Shown: positions 18,808 to 28,189, counted from the stretch's first letter. The stretch: DNA of 64,000 nucleotides from an uncultured Solibacteraceae bacterium (GCA_964617215.1 CAZTVL010000004.1:139131-203130); one strand, 5' to 3'. Numbers and translations are program-made. The notes: generated by a model from the letters alone, not told the origin.

Positions 18808-19812
18808 ATGCGCATCTTCGAATCCCTCGCCCTGCGGTACGACGGCCGGCGCCTCCTGGTGCTGGATCAGACGGCCCTACCCCACCACGAGGAATGGTTG
18901 GAGGGCAGTGATCCCGCAGCCATGGTGGGCCACATCCAACGCCTCTCCGTGCGGGGTGCGCCCCTCATCGGCGTGGCCGCGGCCTGCAGCCTGGCCTCCT
19001 TCGCCCTATCCGGCGCAGCTCGAAGCGAGCTCGAAGCCGCCTGGTCCGCCCTGCGCGCCGCCCGCCCCACCGCCGTCAACCTCATGTGGGCCATGGATCG
19101 CCTGCGGCCCATGCTGGGCACGCCCGATGCCCTCATCGCCGAAGCCCAGGCCATCTTCGACGAGGACGTCCGCCTTTGCGAAGGCATGGCCGAGCAGGGC
19201 GCGGCCCTGATCCAGGAAGGCGAGGGCCTCCTCACCCACTGCAACACCGGTGGCCTCGCCACCGTGGGCATCGGCACCGCCCTCGGGGTGATCCGCCGGG
19301 CCCACGAGCAGGGGAAGCACATCCACGTGTTCGTGGACGAAACCCGCCCCCTGCTGCAGGGCGGCCGCCTGACCGCCTGGGAGCTGCAGCGCCTGGGCGT
19401 CCCCTGCACGCTCATCACCGACAGCATGGCGGCCCTCATTCTGCGCGATGGCCGGGCCCAGCGGGTGCTCGTGGGCGCGGATCGCATCGCGGCCAACGGG
19501 GATTTCGCCAACAAGGTGGGCACCTACGGATTGGCCGTGCAGGCCCGCCACCACGGCGCGGCCTTCCACCCCGTGGCCCCCTTCAGCACCGTGGACCTGG
19601 CCTGCCCCTCGGGCGCCTCCATCCCCATCGAAGAGCGCTCCCAGGACGAGGTTCGCGGCGCCCAGGGGCACCGCTGGGCCCCGGAGGTTCCGGCTTGGAA
19701 TCCCTCCTTTGATGTGACCCCCGTCGCGTGTGTCACCAGCCTCGTCCTGGATCGCGCGGTGCTCACCTGTCAGCAGCTTCAGGCCGGAAACTTGGCTACG
19801 CTGCTGGGGTGA
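18808..19812 (+). CDS. mtnA: S-methyl-5-thioribose-1-phosphate isomerase
   Basis: 334-aa ORF of the eIF-2B alpha/beta/delta family. Motifs include LSVRGAPLIGVAAA, THCNTGGLAT, VDETRPLLQG and GADRIAANGD. Confidence 0.85.
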   Translation: MRIFESLALRYDGRRLLVLDQTALPHHEEWLEGSDPAAMVGHIQRLSVRGAPLIGVAAACSLASFALSGAARSELEAAWSALRAARPTAVNLMWAMDRLRPMLGTPDALIAEAQAIFDEDVRLCEGMAEQGAALIQEGEGLLTHCNTGGLATVGIGTALGVIRRAHEQGKHIHVFVDETRPLLQGGRLTAWELQRLGVPCTLITDSMAALILRDGRAQRVLVGADRIAANGDFANKVGTYGLAVQARHHGAAFHPVAPFSTVDLACPSGASIPIEERSQDEVRGAQGHRWAPEVPAWNPSFDVTPVACVTSLVLDRAVLTCQQLQAGNLATLLG

Positions 19813-19872
19813 CCGAAGCAGAGAAGCGGAATCGCCCGCCGCTCCGAGCGGCCCTCTCGATATGATGGATCC

Positions 19873-20991
19873 ATGGATCGGTTGAAACTCCAACAACTTG
19901 CGGATGAATTGGTGGCCAAAGGCCAGCTCCCGCAGGCGTTGGTGGAGTATCAGAAGCTCCGCCGGGCCTTCCCGGAAGATCAGGGCATCATGAACCGCCT
20001 GGGGGATCTCCTGGTGCAGGCCGGCGCCAACAAAGAGGCCCTCGCCATCTTCAAGGTGCTGGCCCTCAATTTGCAGCGGGATGGCCACGACAAGAAGGCC
20101 ATCGCGCTCTTGCGGAAGGCCCTCCGCCTGGCGCCCGAGGATCCCGAAGCGGTGGGCCAGCTCAGCGAATTGCTCATGGCCTCGGGCCTCAATAAGGAAG
20201 CCGCCAAGCTCCAGATCGATCTCGCCCGCACGTTCGAGAAGTTGGGCAAGGCCGAGGATGCGCTGGCCGCCCTCATCCGCGCCGCCAACGCAGATCCCTT
20301 CGACGCCAACCTCCGATTCCGCCTCGCCCAGGCCTACGTGGCCACGGGCCAGAAGGAGCGCGCCGCGGGCCTCTACGCCGAGGCCGCCGAGGAGTTGATG
20401 ACCGCAGGCCGACAGGATGAGGCCCAGGAGGCCCTCCAGATCGCCAGCGATCTGGTGAAGAGCGCCAAGCTCTACCTGCTGCAGGCCAAGCTCTACCATC
20501 ACATGGGCCAGCAGCCCAAGGCCGTTCACGTCCTCAAGGAGGCCCTCAAGGCCTTCCCCGCCAACGCCATCCTGCAGGAGGCCTTGGCCGGAGCCCAGAT
20601 GGAAGCCGGCCATGCCCGCCAGTGCCTGGAAGTGCTGGGTCAATTGCGGCAGATCCACAGCCGGGTGCTGCCCCTCTGCGAGCGGGCCCTGCGCCCCCTC
20701 ATCCAGGATCGGCACCTCCCCACCGCCCTGAACCTCTATCGCCCCATCGCCGAGGCCCTCGCCGCGAAGGGCTCCTCCACGGAAGTCTGCCAAACCCTGT
20801 TGAGGGCCGCGGCGGGCTTCGAGCACCCCACCATTCACATCTTCGTGGGTGAGATCCAGAGCCAGGGCGAGCGCAAGGATGCCGCCATCGACGCCCTCAA
20901 TCACGCCCTGGAATTGGCCGCGCAGCAGAAGACGAGCACCCTTCGGAACAAGATCCGCCACCTCATCGATGCGCTGGTGGACGCCGGCTGA
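19873..20991 (+). CDS. tetratricopeptide-repeat protein
   Basis: 372-aa ORF made of repeated about 34-aa helical units rich in A/L/K (e.g. GHDKKAIALLRKALRLAPEDPEAV). Confidence 0.65.
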   Translation: MDRLKLQQLADELVAKGQLPQALVEYQKLRRAFPEDQGIMNRLGDLLVQAGANKEALAIFKVLALNLQRDGHDKKAIALLRKALRLAPEDPEAVGQLSELLMASGLNKEAAKLQIDLARTFEKLGKAEDALAALIRAANADPFDANLRFRLAQAYVATGQKERAAGLYAEAAEELMTAGRQDEAQEALQIASDLVKSAKLYLLQAKLYHHMGQQPKAVHVLKEALKAFPANAILQEALAGAQMEAGHARQCLEVLGQLRQIHSRVLPLCERALRPLIQDRHLPTALNLYRPIAEALAAKGSSTEVCQTLLRAAAGFEHPTIHIFVGEIQSQGERKDAAIDALNHALELAAQQKTSTLRNKIRHLIDALVDAG

Positions 20992-21177
20992 GCCGGGCCT
21001 CCAGCTCAGGGCGCGATCTTTGCGGTAATTCGCAAGACTTCACAAAACTTCACCGCCGGTGGGCGTGGAGGTACCCAGAGTGGGTACCACGTTCTTCCCC
21101 AACCAGCGGCCCACCCTATCGACGGAGCATCCTGCCCCTTCGGTTGACGGGCATCGCTCACTCCGAAGGAGTCGTAC

Positions 21178-22338
21178 ATGCGCATTCCCGCATTGCTAGC
21201 CCTGGGCTTGGCCGTGGTGGCCACGCCAGCCTTCTCCAAGCCCTTTCAGGAGGGTCCTGAAGAACTCCGGAAATTTGTCCGGGATCTCGATCACGAAGAC
21301 CGGGGCCAGCGGGTCACCGCCCGGGCCCTCGAGGTGCGCCTGGATGCTCCCGGGTGGTTCGCCGAAGGCGATGCCCCCAGCGTGCGGTTCACGATCTCGA
21401 ACCCCAATGCCCACTCCGTGTTTGTGCTCCGCTGGGAACTCCCCACTGCCGAGCGCGCCGAGCGCGACCTGTTCCAGATGACCCGCAACGGCGTGGAAGT
21501 GGCCTACGAGGGCCGGCTGACCAAGCGCGTGGCGCCCCGCGCCATCGACTATGTGGAGATCAAGGCCCACGATTCCTACAGCGTGGTGGTGGACCTCTCC
21601 GCGGATTACGACTTGGATGGCGCGGGCGACTACCGCATCCAGTTCCGTCAGCCCCAGCTCGCCGTGCGCACGGCCCTCACGGATGCCACCCCCTCCGTGA
21701 TGCTCCGCGAAGGCGGCAAGTTGCCCTCGGTCCTCCCCACCCACGTGGCTGAAGTGCGTGAGGCCGTATCGGCCCAGTTCTTCTTCCCCGGCGTGCCCGC
21801 GGAACTTGCCCGCAAGTCGGAGGTCGTGGAGCCCATCGTGGGCGGCTACAGCGGCTGCACCACCACCCAGAAGAGCCAACTCTCCACGGCCCATGCCAAC
21901 GCCAAGACCATGACCTCCAAGGCCCTGACCTGGCTCAACGGCCACACCTCCGGCGGTGGTCTCTACCTCACCTGGTTCGGGGCCTACAACAGCACCCGCT
22001 TCAGCACCGTGAAGTCTCACTACACGAAGATCCTCGACGAGTTCAACACGAAGACCGTCAACTTCGATTGCAACTGCACCGACAGCGGAACCTATGCCTA
22101 CGTGTATCCCGGTTCCCCCTACAAGATCTACCTCTGCGGCGCCTTCTGGAGCGCCCCTTCCACGGGCACGGATTCCAAGGCCGGCACCCTCGTGCATGAG
22201 TCCAGCCACTTCACCGTGAATGGCGGCACCCAGGATTACGTCTATGGCACCTCCGGCGCCAAGTCCCTGGCCATCAGCAGCCCCTCCAAGGCGATCATGA
22301 ACGCGGACAACCACGAGTACTTCGCCGAGAACCAATAG
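21178..22338 (+). CDS. secreted M35 (aspzincin) peptidyl-Lys-type metalloendopeptidase
   Basis: It has a signal peptide (MRIPALLALGLAVVATPAFS), HESSHF (HExxH) followed by GTQDYVYG (the aspzincin GTxDxxYG motif), a C-terminal NADNHEYFAEN, and a long N-terminal pro-region. Confidence 0.8.
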   Translation: MRIPALLALGLAVVATPAFSKPFQEGPEELRKFVRDLDHEDRGQRVTARALEVRLDAPGWFAEGDAPSVRFTISNPNAHSVFVLRWELPTAERAERDLFQMTRNGVEVAYEGRLTKRVAPRAIDYVEIKAHDSYSVVVDLSADYDLDGAGDYRIQFRQPQLAVRTALTDATPSVMLREGGKLPSVLPTHVAEVREAVSAQFFFPGVPAELARKSEVVEPIVGGYSGCTTTQKSQLSTAHANAKTMTSKALTWLNGHTSGGGLYLTWFGAYNSTRFSTVKSHYTKILDEFNTKTVNFDCNCTDSGTYAYVYPGSPYKIYLCGAFWSAPSTGTDSKAGTLVHESSHFTVNGGTQDYVYGTSGAKSLAISSPSKAIMNADNHEYFAENQ

Positions 22339-22354
22339 CACCTGAACCACCGAT

Positions 22355-22390
22355 GGGGCGGATTCGCGGTCTCCGCCGCGGATCCGCCCC
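22355..22390 (+). terminator. GC-rich hairpin between the M35 protease and DUF1573 genes
   Basis: GGGGCGGATTCGCGG-loop-CCGCGGATCCGCCCC forms a 15-bp stem with one mismatch. No U-tract follows, so its function is uncertain. Confidence 0.3.
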
Positions 22391-22412
22391 CCGTCCTGCC
22401 CGGATTCCGCCC

Positions 22413-23471
22413 ATGCCCCGCCTCTGGCCTCTCTGTTTCCTCTTCTGCATCAGCGCCTTCGCCCAACAGGCACCGGCGATCCGGTGCGAATCCCCCGTGC
22501 GGGAGTTCGGCAGCATCCCGAAGGGCACGCGTGCGAGCCACACCTTCCTTCTGGAGAATGTCGGAACCGCACCGCTCACCATTGCCTCCGTGCAACCCAG
22601 CTGCTCCTGCACCACCGCCCAGCTCTCGCGCCAGATCCTGCTACCGGGCCAGACCGCGGAGATGGAGACGGTCATGGATTCCACCGACTTCGAAGGGCCC
22701 CTGGAGAAGGTCGTCCTCGTCACCAGCGACGATCCGGTCCATCCCCTGCTCTCCCTCACCCTCCGGGCCCAGGTGGAGCACCCCTACCTCCTCGCTCCGA
22801 AGGCCATTCGGGTGCAAGCCATGGGGCGCAACGCAACCTTCGAAATCCCGCTCCGCCTGACCCGCAAGGATGGCAAGTCCCTGCCCCTCCAATCGGCTGG
22901 GGTGGAGGGATTGCCCGGCTTCCGCCTCGTGGCCTTGCCCGATCCCAATCCCTCGGAGCGGGCCTTCATCCTGCGCTATGAAGGGAGCACTGAACTCGGC
23001 GCCCTGACGGGCCGCGTGCGGTTCACGGTGGAGGATCCGCTCCTGCCCACGATCCAGATCCCCGTACAGGCCCGGGTGCTGGAGGACCTCGGGATCTACC
23101 CCAGCCGCCTCGAGCTCGGCGAAATCCAGGCGGGAGGCACCGTGGCCCAGCCCATCCTGGTGAGCCTGCGCTCGCCAGCCGTCGGCGTGCATTCGGTGAC
23201 CTGCGAACCCGACCTCTTCACGGCCACGCTCACCCCCCGGGAAGCCCAGGCGGAAAGCCCCTTCCTCCTGCAGAACGGCATCCTCCAGGTGAACTTCTCC
23301 AAGGGCGTCGAAGTGAGGCTCCACGCCCGGCCTGGGGCTCCCGCCGGAGCCTTCGAGGGGCGGGTCAGCCTCCTCACCTCCAGCCCCGGTCAGCCCCGGA
23401 TCGTCCTTCCCATCTCAGGCCGGATCGCGCCTACTTCGCCCAGGCCTGCAGCGCCACCCCGCACACGATGA
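22413..23471 (+). CDS. DUF1573 domain protein (secreted, Ig-like repeats)
   Basis: The ATG at 22413 (MPRLWPLCFLFCISAFAQ) begins a signal peptide. FGSIPKGTRASHTFLLENVGTAPLTIASVQPSCSCTTA is the DUF1573 signature. Confidence 0.75.
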   Translation: MPRLWPLCFLFCISAFAQQAPAIRCESPVREFGSIPKGTRASHTFLLENVGTAPLTIASVQPSCSCTTAQLSRQILLPGQTAEMETVMDSTDFEGPLEKVVLVTSDDPVHPLLSLTLRAQVEHPYLLAPKAIRVQAMGRNATFEIPLRLTRKDGKSLPLQSAGVEGLPGFRLVALPDPNPSERAFILRYEGSTELGALTGRVRFTVEDPLLPTIQIPVQARVLEDLGIYPSRLELGEIQAGGTVAQPILVSLRSPAVGVHSVTCEPDLFTATLTPREAQAESPFLLQNGILQVNFSKGVEVRLHARPGAPAGAFEGRVSLLTSSPGQPRIVLPISGRIAPTSPRPAAPPRTR

Positions 23472-23793
23472 TGCCGAGGGCCGCCCAGCGCAGGGGCGGA
23501 ATGGCTTCGCCCAGGAAGGTGCGGGCCAGCATCGCGTTGGCCAGGAAGCCCAGGGCGAGGAAGGGATAGGCGTAGCTGGCATCCACCAGCGAAAGCGCCT
23601 TCATCCACACCAGCACGCTCACGGCGTAGCAGCCCAGCCCCGCCAGGATCCAGGGCGTGAACACGAGTTTGAGGATGGCCGCGGGATCCCAGCTCATGCC
23701 GTGCACGAGCCCCTTCTTCAGGCAGATCTGCGCGAAGGCGTTGAGTAGCACGCCAACGATGATGAGGGGGATGGCTTTGATCTGAGGGGTCAT
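23431..23793 (-). CDS. small EamA/SMR-like membrane protein (ArnE/ArnF-like flippase subunit)
   Basis: 120 aa from the internal ATG at 23793 (MTPQIKAIPLIIVGVLLNAFAQ). It has four hydrophobic helices. An ATGA overlap with the upstream GT9 gene suggests co-transcription. Confidence 0.65.
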   Translation of the reverse strand: MTPQIKAIPLIIVGVLLNAFAQICLKKGLVHGMSWDPAAILKLVFTPWILAGLGCYAVSVLVWMKALSLVDASYAYPFLALGFLANAMLARTFLGEAIPPLRWAALGIIVCGVALQAWAK

Positions 23794-24794
23794 GGGCGCT
23801 CCGCGAGCATGGATTCGAGACGCTGGATGAGGGCGGGCACGGGGAGATCCTCCATGCAGGGAACCCGGGGCGCGAAGGGGCAGGCATCCAGGAAGCAGCC
23901 CAGGCAGGGCAGTGATTCCTGGCGGATCACGCTCACGTGGGGCCCGGGCGGGGTGCTCCACTCCGGGCGGGTGGGACCGAAGGCCACCAGGGTGGGCACC
24001 CCGGCTGCGGCGGCGAGGAAACTGAGGCCGCTGTCGGGCCCCATGGCGAGCTTGGCGCCGCCGGCCCAGGCCGCAGACTCCGCGAGGGAACGGGGCGAGG
24101 TGAGATCCAAGACCTCGGGAACCCGCTCCCGGATCTTCGCCGCCATGGCCTGATCGTGGGCTCCGCCACCCAGCAGCACCACCCCGAGTTTCTGCTCCCG
24201 GGCCCAGATGGCAAGGGCGCTGAGCACCTCCGGCGAGACCCGCTTCAGGTGGTGGTTCCCCCCCGGGATCAAGGCCACATACTCACCCAATTGCTGATCC
24301 GCGCGGGCTGAAGCTACCGCCGCAAGTGCGGAGGCCCTGGGTCGGAAGGGTTTGAAGGGCGCTTCGGGGAGTTCGGGAAAGGCCATGCGAAGCACCGCCG
24401 CATAGCGTTCCGTGAAACTGCCAGGCTGCCCCTCGAAGGGTGTCGCATGGGTGGACATCAAACGCACGCCCAGATCCCCACAGCCGAGGCGGATGGGCAC
24501 CCGCGCCAGGAAACCCGCAATGATGGGACGGGCGCTGCGGGGGAAGGCGATGAGAGAGGCGGGCCGGTGGGCCCGCAGCAGGGCCGCAGCCTCCCGAGTG
24601 CTGTACTTCCGCGCCGTCTCGGGCACCACGGCCGCATAGCCTTCGGCCCCCTCGAACAGATCCACCACCCAATCCGGGCCCCACACCACGATGGGCGCGC
24701 CGGTGGCCCGCAGGGGCGTCAGCGCCGCATGAATCATCATCGCGTCGCCGAAGAAGCGCGGTACCCGAACCCAGTGGGCGCCCTGTGGAATCAT
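23790..24794 (-). CDS. glycosyltransferase family 9 (heptosyltransferase-like)
   Basis: 334 aa from the ATG at 24794 (MIPQGAHWVRV). The pattern GDAMMIHAAL...VVLLGGGAHD...SLAESAAWAGGAKLAMGPDSGLSFLAAAAGVPTLVAFGPT is typical of GT9. Confidence 0.75.
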   Translation of the reverse strand: MIPQGAHWVRVPRFFGDAMMIHAALTPLRATGAPIVVWGPDWVVDLFEGAEGYAAVVPETARKYSTREAAALLRAHRPASLIAFPRSARPIIAGFLARVPIRLGCGDLGVRLMSTHATPFEGQPGSFTERYAAVLRMAFPELPEAPFKPFRPRASALAAVASARADQQLGEYVALIPGGNHHLKRVSPEVLSALAIWAREQKLGVVLLGGGAHDQAMAAKIRERVPEVLDLTSPRSLAESAAWAGGAKLAMGPDSGLSFLAAAAGVPTLVAFGPTRPEWSTPPGPHVSVIRQESLPCLGCFLDACPFAPRVPCMEDLPVPALIQRLESMLAERP

Positions 24795-26515
24795 CGGGCC
24801 TTCCGCTTGAGCAGGAGCAGTTCCCCGCCCCCGGTCGGCCGGCTCAGGAGCACCTCGAAGCCATTCCGGAGCTCCGGGGTGAGGCCGCCCATGTCCTGAT
24901 CCCATTCCCGGCGCATGGAGACGAGCCGATCCTCCGGCCCCAACTGGTCCAGTTCCCCGGCCGTCCGAATTTCCGGCATCAGCGAGTCGGTGTAGACCAT
25001 GGCGCCGCTGCGGATGGTCTGCCAATAGACGACCTTCCGGCCCTGGATCATGGGCTGAACCATGCGGGACCACTCGAAGAAGTTCTTCTGGGGATCCAGC
25101 TTCCGGAACCCCCAGGTGCCGCCGAGGAGGTAGATCAGCCCCAGCGTCAGGGCCGTCTCACGCACCAGGTGCTGGCCGCCGCCCGACAAGGCCCTCCCCG
25201 CCAGGGAAAGACCGCCCAGGGTGGCGAGGGCGCCCAGCGTGCCCGCCAGGGCCCGGTAGGGAGCCACCTGCGCCTGCACTGCGGCGCCGCCCGCGCCGAA
25301 GGTCACGGCCAGCAGCACCAGACCGAGCAGCCCTACACCCACAGCAAGCACGCCGCCCAGGCGGCGGATCCGCGCGGGGCTCACACCTTCGACGCTGAGC
25401 GGCTGGAGCATACCCGCCATGAGCAGGGCCAGGAACGGGTAGGACGGCAGCAAGTACTTGCCCTGCTTGCTCTGCACCCAGGAGAGGAAGAGGAAAGGCA
25501 CCGCGAAGGCCACCATGAGGAAGCGCGCGGTCACGTTGCGCGTGGCCCCGCTGCCCCGCAGGAAAAAGCCCAGGGCCGGCAGCAACAGCACCCACGGGAA
25601 GAAATCCCCCAGCAGGTATTCCAAGTAACGCCACCAGGGCTGGATGTGATCCCAGGCCTTGGTGGCCCGCTCGAAGTTTTGATGGATCAGAAGCTGGTAG
25701 ACGTAGTGCCCCCCGCCCTGAATTCCGGCCGCCACGTACCAGGGCAGCACCACGGCCAGGAAGAGCAGCACGCCGGTGCCCAAGCGCATCCGGAGGATGA
25801 TCCGCGCATCCCGCTGCCAGAGCAGGAAGGCACCGAGGACGAGGATGCTCAGGACTCCCGCCAGGGGCCCCTTGGCCAGGAAGGCCAGGGCCAGCCAGAA
25901 ATAGGCCTTGTGGAACCAGCGACCGGCTTCGCCCGGGCGCAGTTCGGACTGGAGGCCCAGTTCCAGCAGGTACCCGCCCAGCCAACTGAACCAGGCCCAG
26001 GCCAGCAGCACGCTGAACAGCAGGTCGATCTGGATGAACTGGCTCTGCCAGAACCAGAGGGGGCTGGTGGCCAAGATCATCAAGGCCAGCCGGGCCACGC
26101 CCGCCTGGAGGAAGCGCTTGGCCCACTTTTGGTACGCATGCAGGAAGGCCAGGCTGGCCACCACCGAGGGCAACCGCAGGGCCCAGGCGGCCAGGCCGTG
26201 GGAGAACCCGAGCCCTCCGGTGAGGACGTTCATGGCCCCGTTGGAGCCCTTCATCACCCAGTAGTAGAGGATCGGCTTCTCGTCGTAGGGAAGGCCGTTG
26301 AGCCAGGGCATCAGCCAGGTGCCGCGGAGCTGCATTTCTTTCACGCACTGGGCGAAATCCGGCTCATCCGGAGCCCACAGATCCCGCATCGGGAGCACGA
26401 TGAGGAGGAGCGCGGCAAAGAGCACCAGGGCCGCATGTTCGCGGACCCAGGCGCCAGCCCGTTCACCGGGAAGCGGGGCGGAGCCCCCAGGAGTCGATTG
26501 AAAGTCTTCGGACAT
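24791..26515 (-). CDS. GT39/GT83-type glycosyltransferase (ArnT / PMT_2-like)
   Basis: 574-aa polytopic ORF. The first loop, PDEPDFAQCVKEMQLRGTWLMPWLNGLPYDEKPILYYW, resembles ArnT/PMT family proteins. Confidence 0.75.
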   Translation of the reverse strand: MSEDFQSTPGGSAPLPGERAGAWVREHAALVLFAALLLIVLPMRDLWAPDEPDFAQCVKEMQLRGTWLMPWLNGLPYDEKPILYYWVMKGSNGAMNVLTGGLGFSHGLAAWALRLPSVVASLAFLHAYQKWAKRFLQAGVARLALMILATSPLWFWQSQFIQIDLLFSVLLAWAWFSWLGGYLLELGLQSELRPGEAGRWFHKAYFWLALAFLAKGPLAGVLSILVLGAFLLWQRDARIILRMRLGTGVLLFLAVVLPWYVAAGIQGGGHYVYQLLIHQNFERATKAWDHIQPWWRYLEYLLGDFFPWVLLLPALGFFLRGSGATRNVTARFLMVAFAVPFLFLSWVQSKQGKYLLPSYPFLALLMAGMLQPLSVEGVSPARIRRLGGVLAVGVGLLGLVLLAVTFGAGGAAVQAQVAPYRALAGTLGALATLGGLSLAGRALSGGGQHLVRETALTLGLIYLLGGTWGFRKLDPQKNFFEWSRMVQPMIQGRKVVYWQTIRSGAMVYTDSLMPEIRTAGELDQLGPEDRLVSMRREWDQDMGGLTPELRNGFEVLLSRPTGGGELLLLKRKAR

Positions 26516-26597
26516 CCCTCAACTATCGCATCCCGGGCGCTTCGCTTCTCCCCTGTTCCGAAGGCCGCAGGGGCTTAAACTGGGAGGTGGAGTCCCC

Positions 26598-26876
26598 ATG
26601 CGCCGTGTCCTCCCCATCCTCCTGACCTCCGCCCTCCTGGCGGCTGGGGGGGATTTCAAGCAGGACCTCAAAGCCGCGGGCAAGCAGATCGGCCAGGGCT
26701 TCAAAAAAGGTGGTCAAGCCGTGGGTAAGACCGCCAAAGAAGGGGGTAAGGCCGTCGGTAAGGGCGCCAAAGAGGGTGGCAAGGCCGTGGGAAAAGGCGC
26801 GAAGACCGCCGGCAAGGGCATTGGCGAAGGGGCCAAGGATGCCGGCAAGGGCCTCAAAAAGGCCTTCAAGGGCTGA
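26598..26876 (+). CDS. secreted Lys/Gly-rich 11-mer repeat protein
   Basis: A signal peptide (MRRVLPILLTSALLAAGG) is followed by six 11-residue repeats: DLKAAGKQIGQ, GFKKGGQAVGK, TAKEGGKAVGK, GAKEGGKAVGK, GAKTAGKGIGE, GAKDAGKGLKK. Confidence 0.6.
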   Translation: MRRVLPILLTSALLAAGGDFKQDLKAAGKQIGQGFKKGGQAVGKTAKEGGKAVGKGAKEGGKAVGKGAKTAGKGIGEGAKDAGKGLKKAFKG

Positions 26877-26977
26877 GACCAAACACTCAAAGATGGCCCA
26901 TCCGGGCCAGGCCAGCCTGCTGGACGTTACAGGCCGCCAATCCGAGTAGACTTCGGAATCCCAAGCCCGGAGCACCC

Positions 26978-28189
26978 ATGCGCGCCCTGCCCTGCCTGCT
27001 GCTGCCCTGCCTCCTCTCCGGGCAGACACCCGACCCGGCCCTGACCCATGCCAAGGCGCTGCTGACCCGGATGCCCCTGGTGGACGGCCACAACGACCTG
27101 CCCTGGGAGATCCGCGAATCCAAGACCGCCCCCATGGATGTGGAGGCCTATGACCTGCGGAAACGCACCCCCGATGAAACGGACCTCGCCCGCCTGAAAG
27201 CCGGCAAGCTCAGCGCCCAGTTTTGGAGCGTCTACGTGCCCGGCGAGCTGGGCTCGGGCTTCGCCAAGGTTCAGCTCGAGCAGTTGGACATCGCCCGCCG
27301 CATGATCGCCCGCTACCCCGAGGCCCTGATGTTCGCCACCCACAGCGGCGACATCGCCAAGGCGCGCAAGGCCCACAAGGTGGCCAGCTTCATCGGCATG
27401 GAGGGCGGCCACGTCATCGAGAATTCTCTGGGCGCCCTACGCATGTACTACGACCTGGGCGCCCGCTACATGACCCTCACCCACAACGTCACCTTGGATT
27501 GGGCGGACGCGGCCCTGGGCGAGCGCAAGCACGGCGGCCTCACCCCCTTCGGGAAGGAGGTGGTTCGCGAGATGAACCGCCTCGGGATGATGGTGGACAT
27601 CAGCCACGTGAGCCCCGAGGTCATGCGCGATGTGCTGGATACCAGCGAGGCCCCCGTGATCTTCAGCCACAGCTGCGCCCGGGCCCTGGTGGATCATCCC
27701 CGCAACGTGCCCGACGCCATCCTCGCGCGCATGCCCCAGAACGGCGGCGTCGTCATGGTCACCTTCATCCCCCCCTTCGTGAACCGCGCCTCCAAGGCCT
27801 GGTATGACGGCCTCGAGGCCGCCACGAAAGGGTTGAAAGACGAGGCCGCGAAAGCAGCTGAAGCCAGCTACCAGAAGGCCCATCCCCAACCCCGCGCCAC
27901 CGTCCAGGACGTGGCCGACCACATCGACTACGTGGCCAAAGTGGCCGGCAAGGACCACGTGGGCATCGCCTGTGATTTCGCCGGCATGCAGGGCCCCATC
28001 GGCCTTGAAGACGCCAGCACCTACCCCAACCTCTTCGCGGAGCTGATCCACCGTGGGTGGAACGACCGGGACCTTACCAAGCTGGCTGGGGGGAACCTGA
28101 TCCGCACCTTCGCGGCGGCGGAGAAGGTGTCGACTCGGCTGCGGAAGGAACGGAAGCCCGGATTGGCGCAGGTATCTGGAAAGCGCTAA
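26978..28189 (+). CDS. membrane dipeptidase (peptidase M19)
   Basis: 403-aa ORF with a signal peptide, DGHNDLPWEIR and MTLTHN motifs, and DISHVS. Confidence 0.85.
   Translation: MRALPCLLLPCLLSGQTPDPALTHAKALLTRMPLVDGHNDLPWEIRESKTAPMDVEAYDLRKRTPDETDLARLKAGKLSAQFWSVYVPGELGSGFAKVQLEQLDIARRMIARYPEALMFATHSGDIAKARKAHKVASFIGMEGGHVIENSLGALRMYYDLGARYMTLTHNVTLDWADAALGERKHGGLTPFGKEVVREMNRLGMMVDISHVSPEVMRDVLDTSEAPVIFSHSCARALVDHPRNVPDAILARMPQNGGVVMVTFIPPFVNRASKAWYDGLEAATKGLKDEAAKAAEASYQKAHPQPRATVQDVADHIDYVAKVAGKDHVGIACDFAGMQGPIGLEDASTYPNLFAELIHRGWNDRDLTKLAGGNLIRTFAAAEKVSTRLRKERKPGLAQVSGKR

Noticed and set aside
26523-27029. 168-aa minus-strand ORF overlapping the Lys/Gly repeat gene.
   Set aside because: It is the antisense reading of the 33-nt repeats (Leu/Ala/Phe/Gly-rich) without a start context or signal. 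The + strand ORF has a proper signal peptide and a GGAGG-like SD, so I prefer it, though with only moderate confidence.
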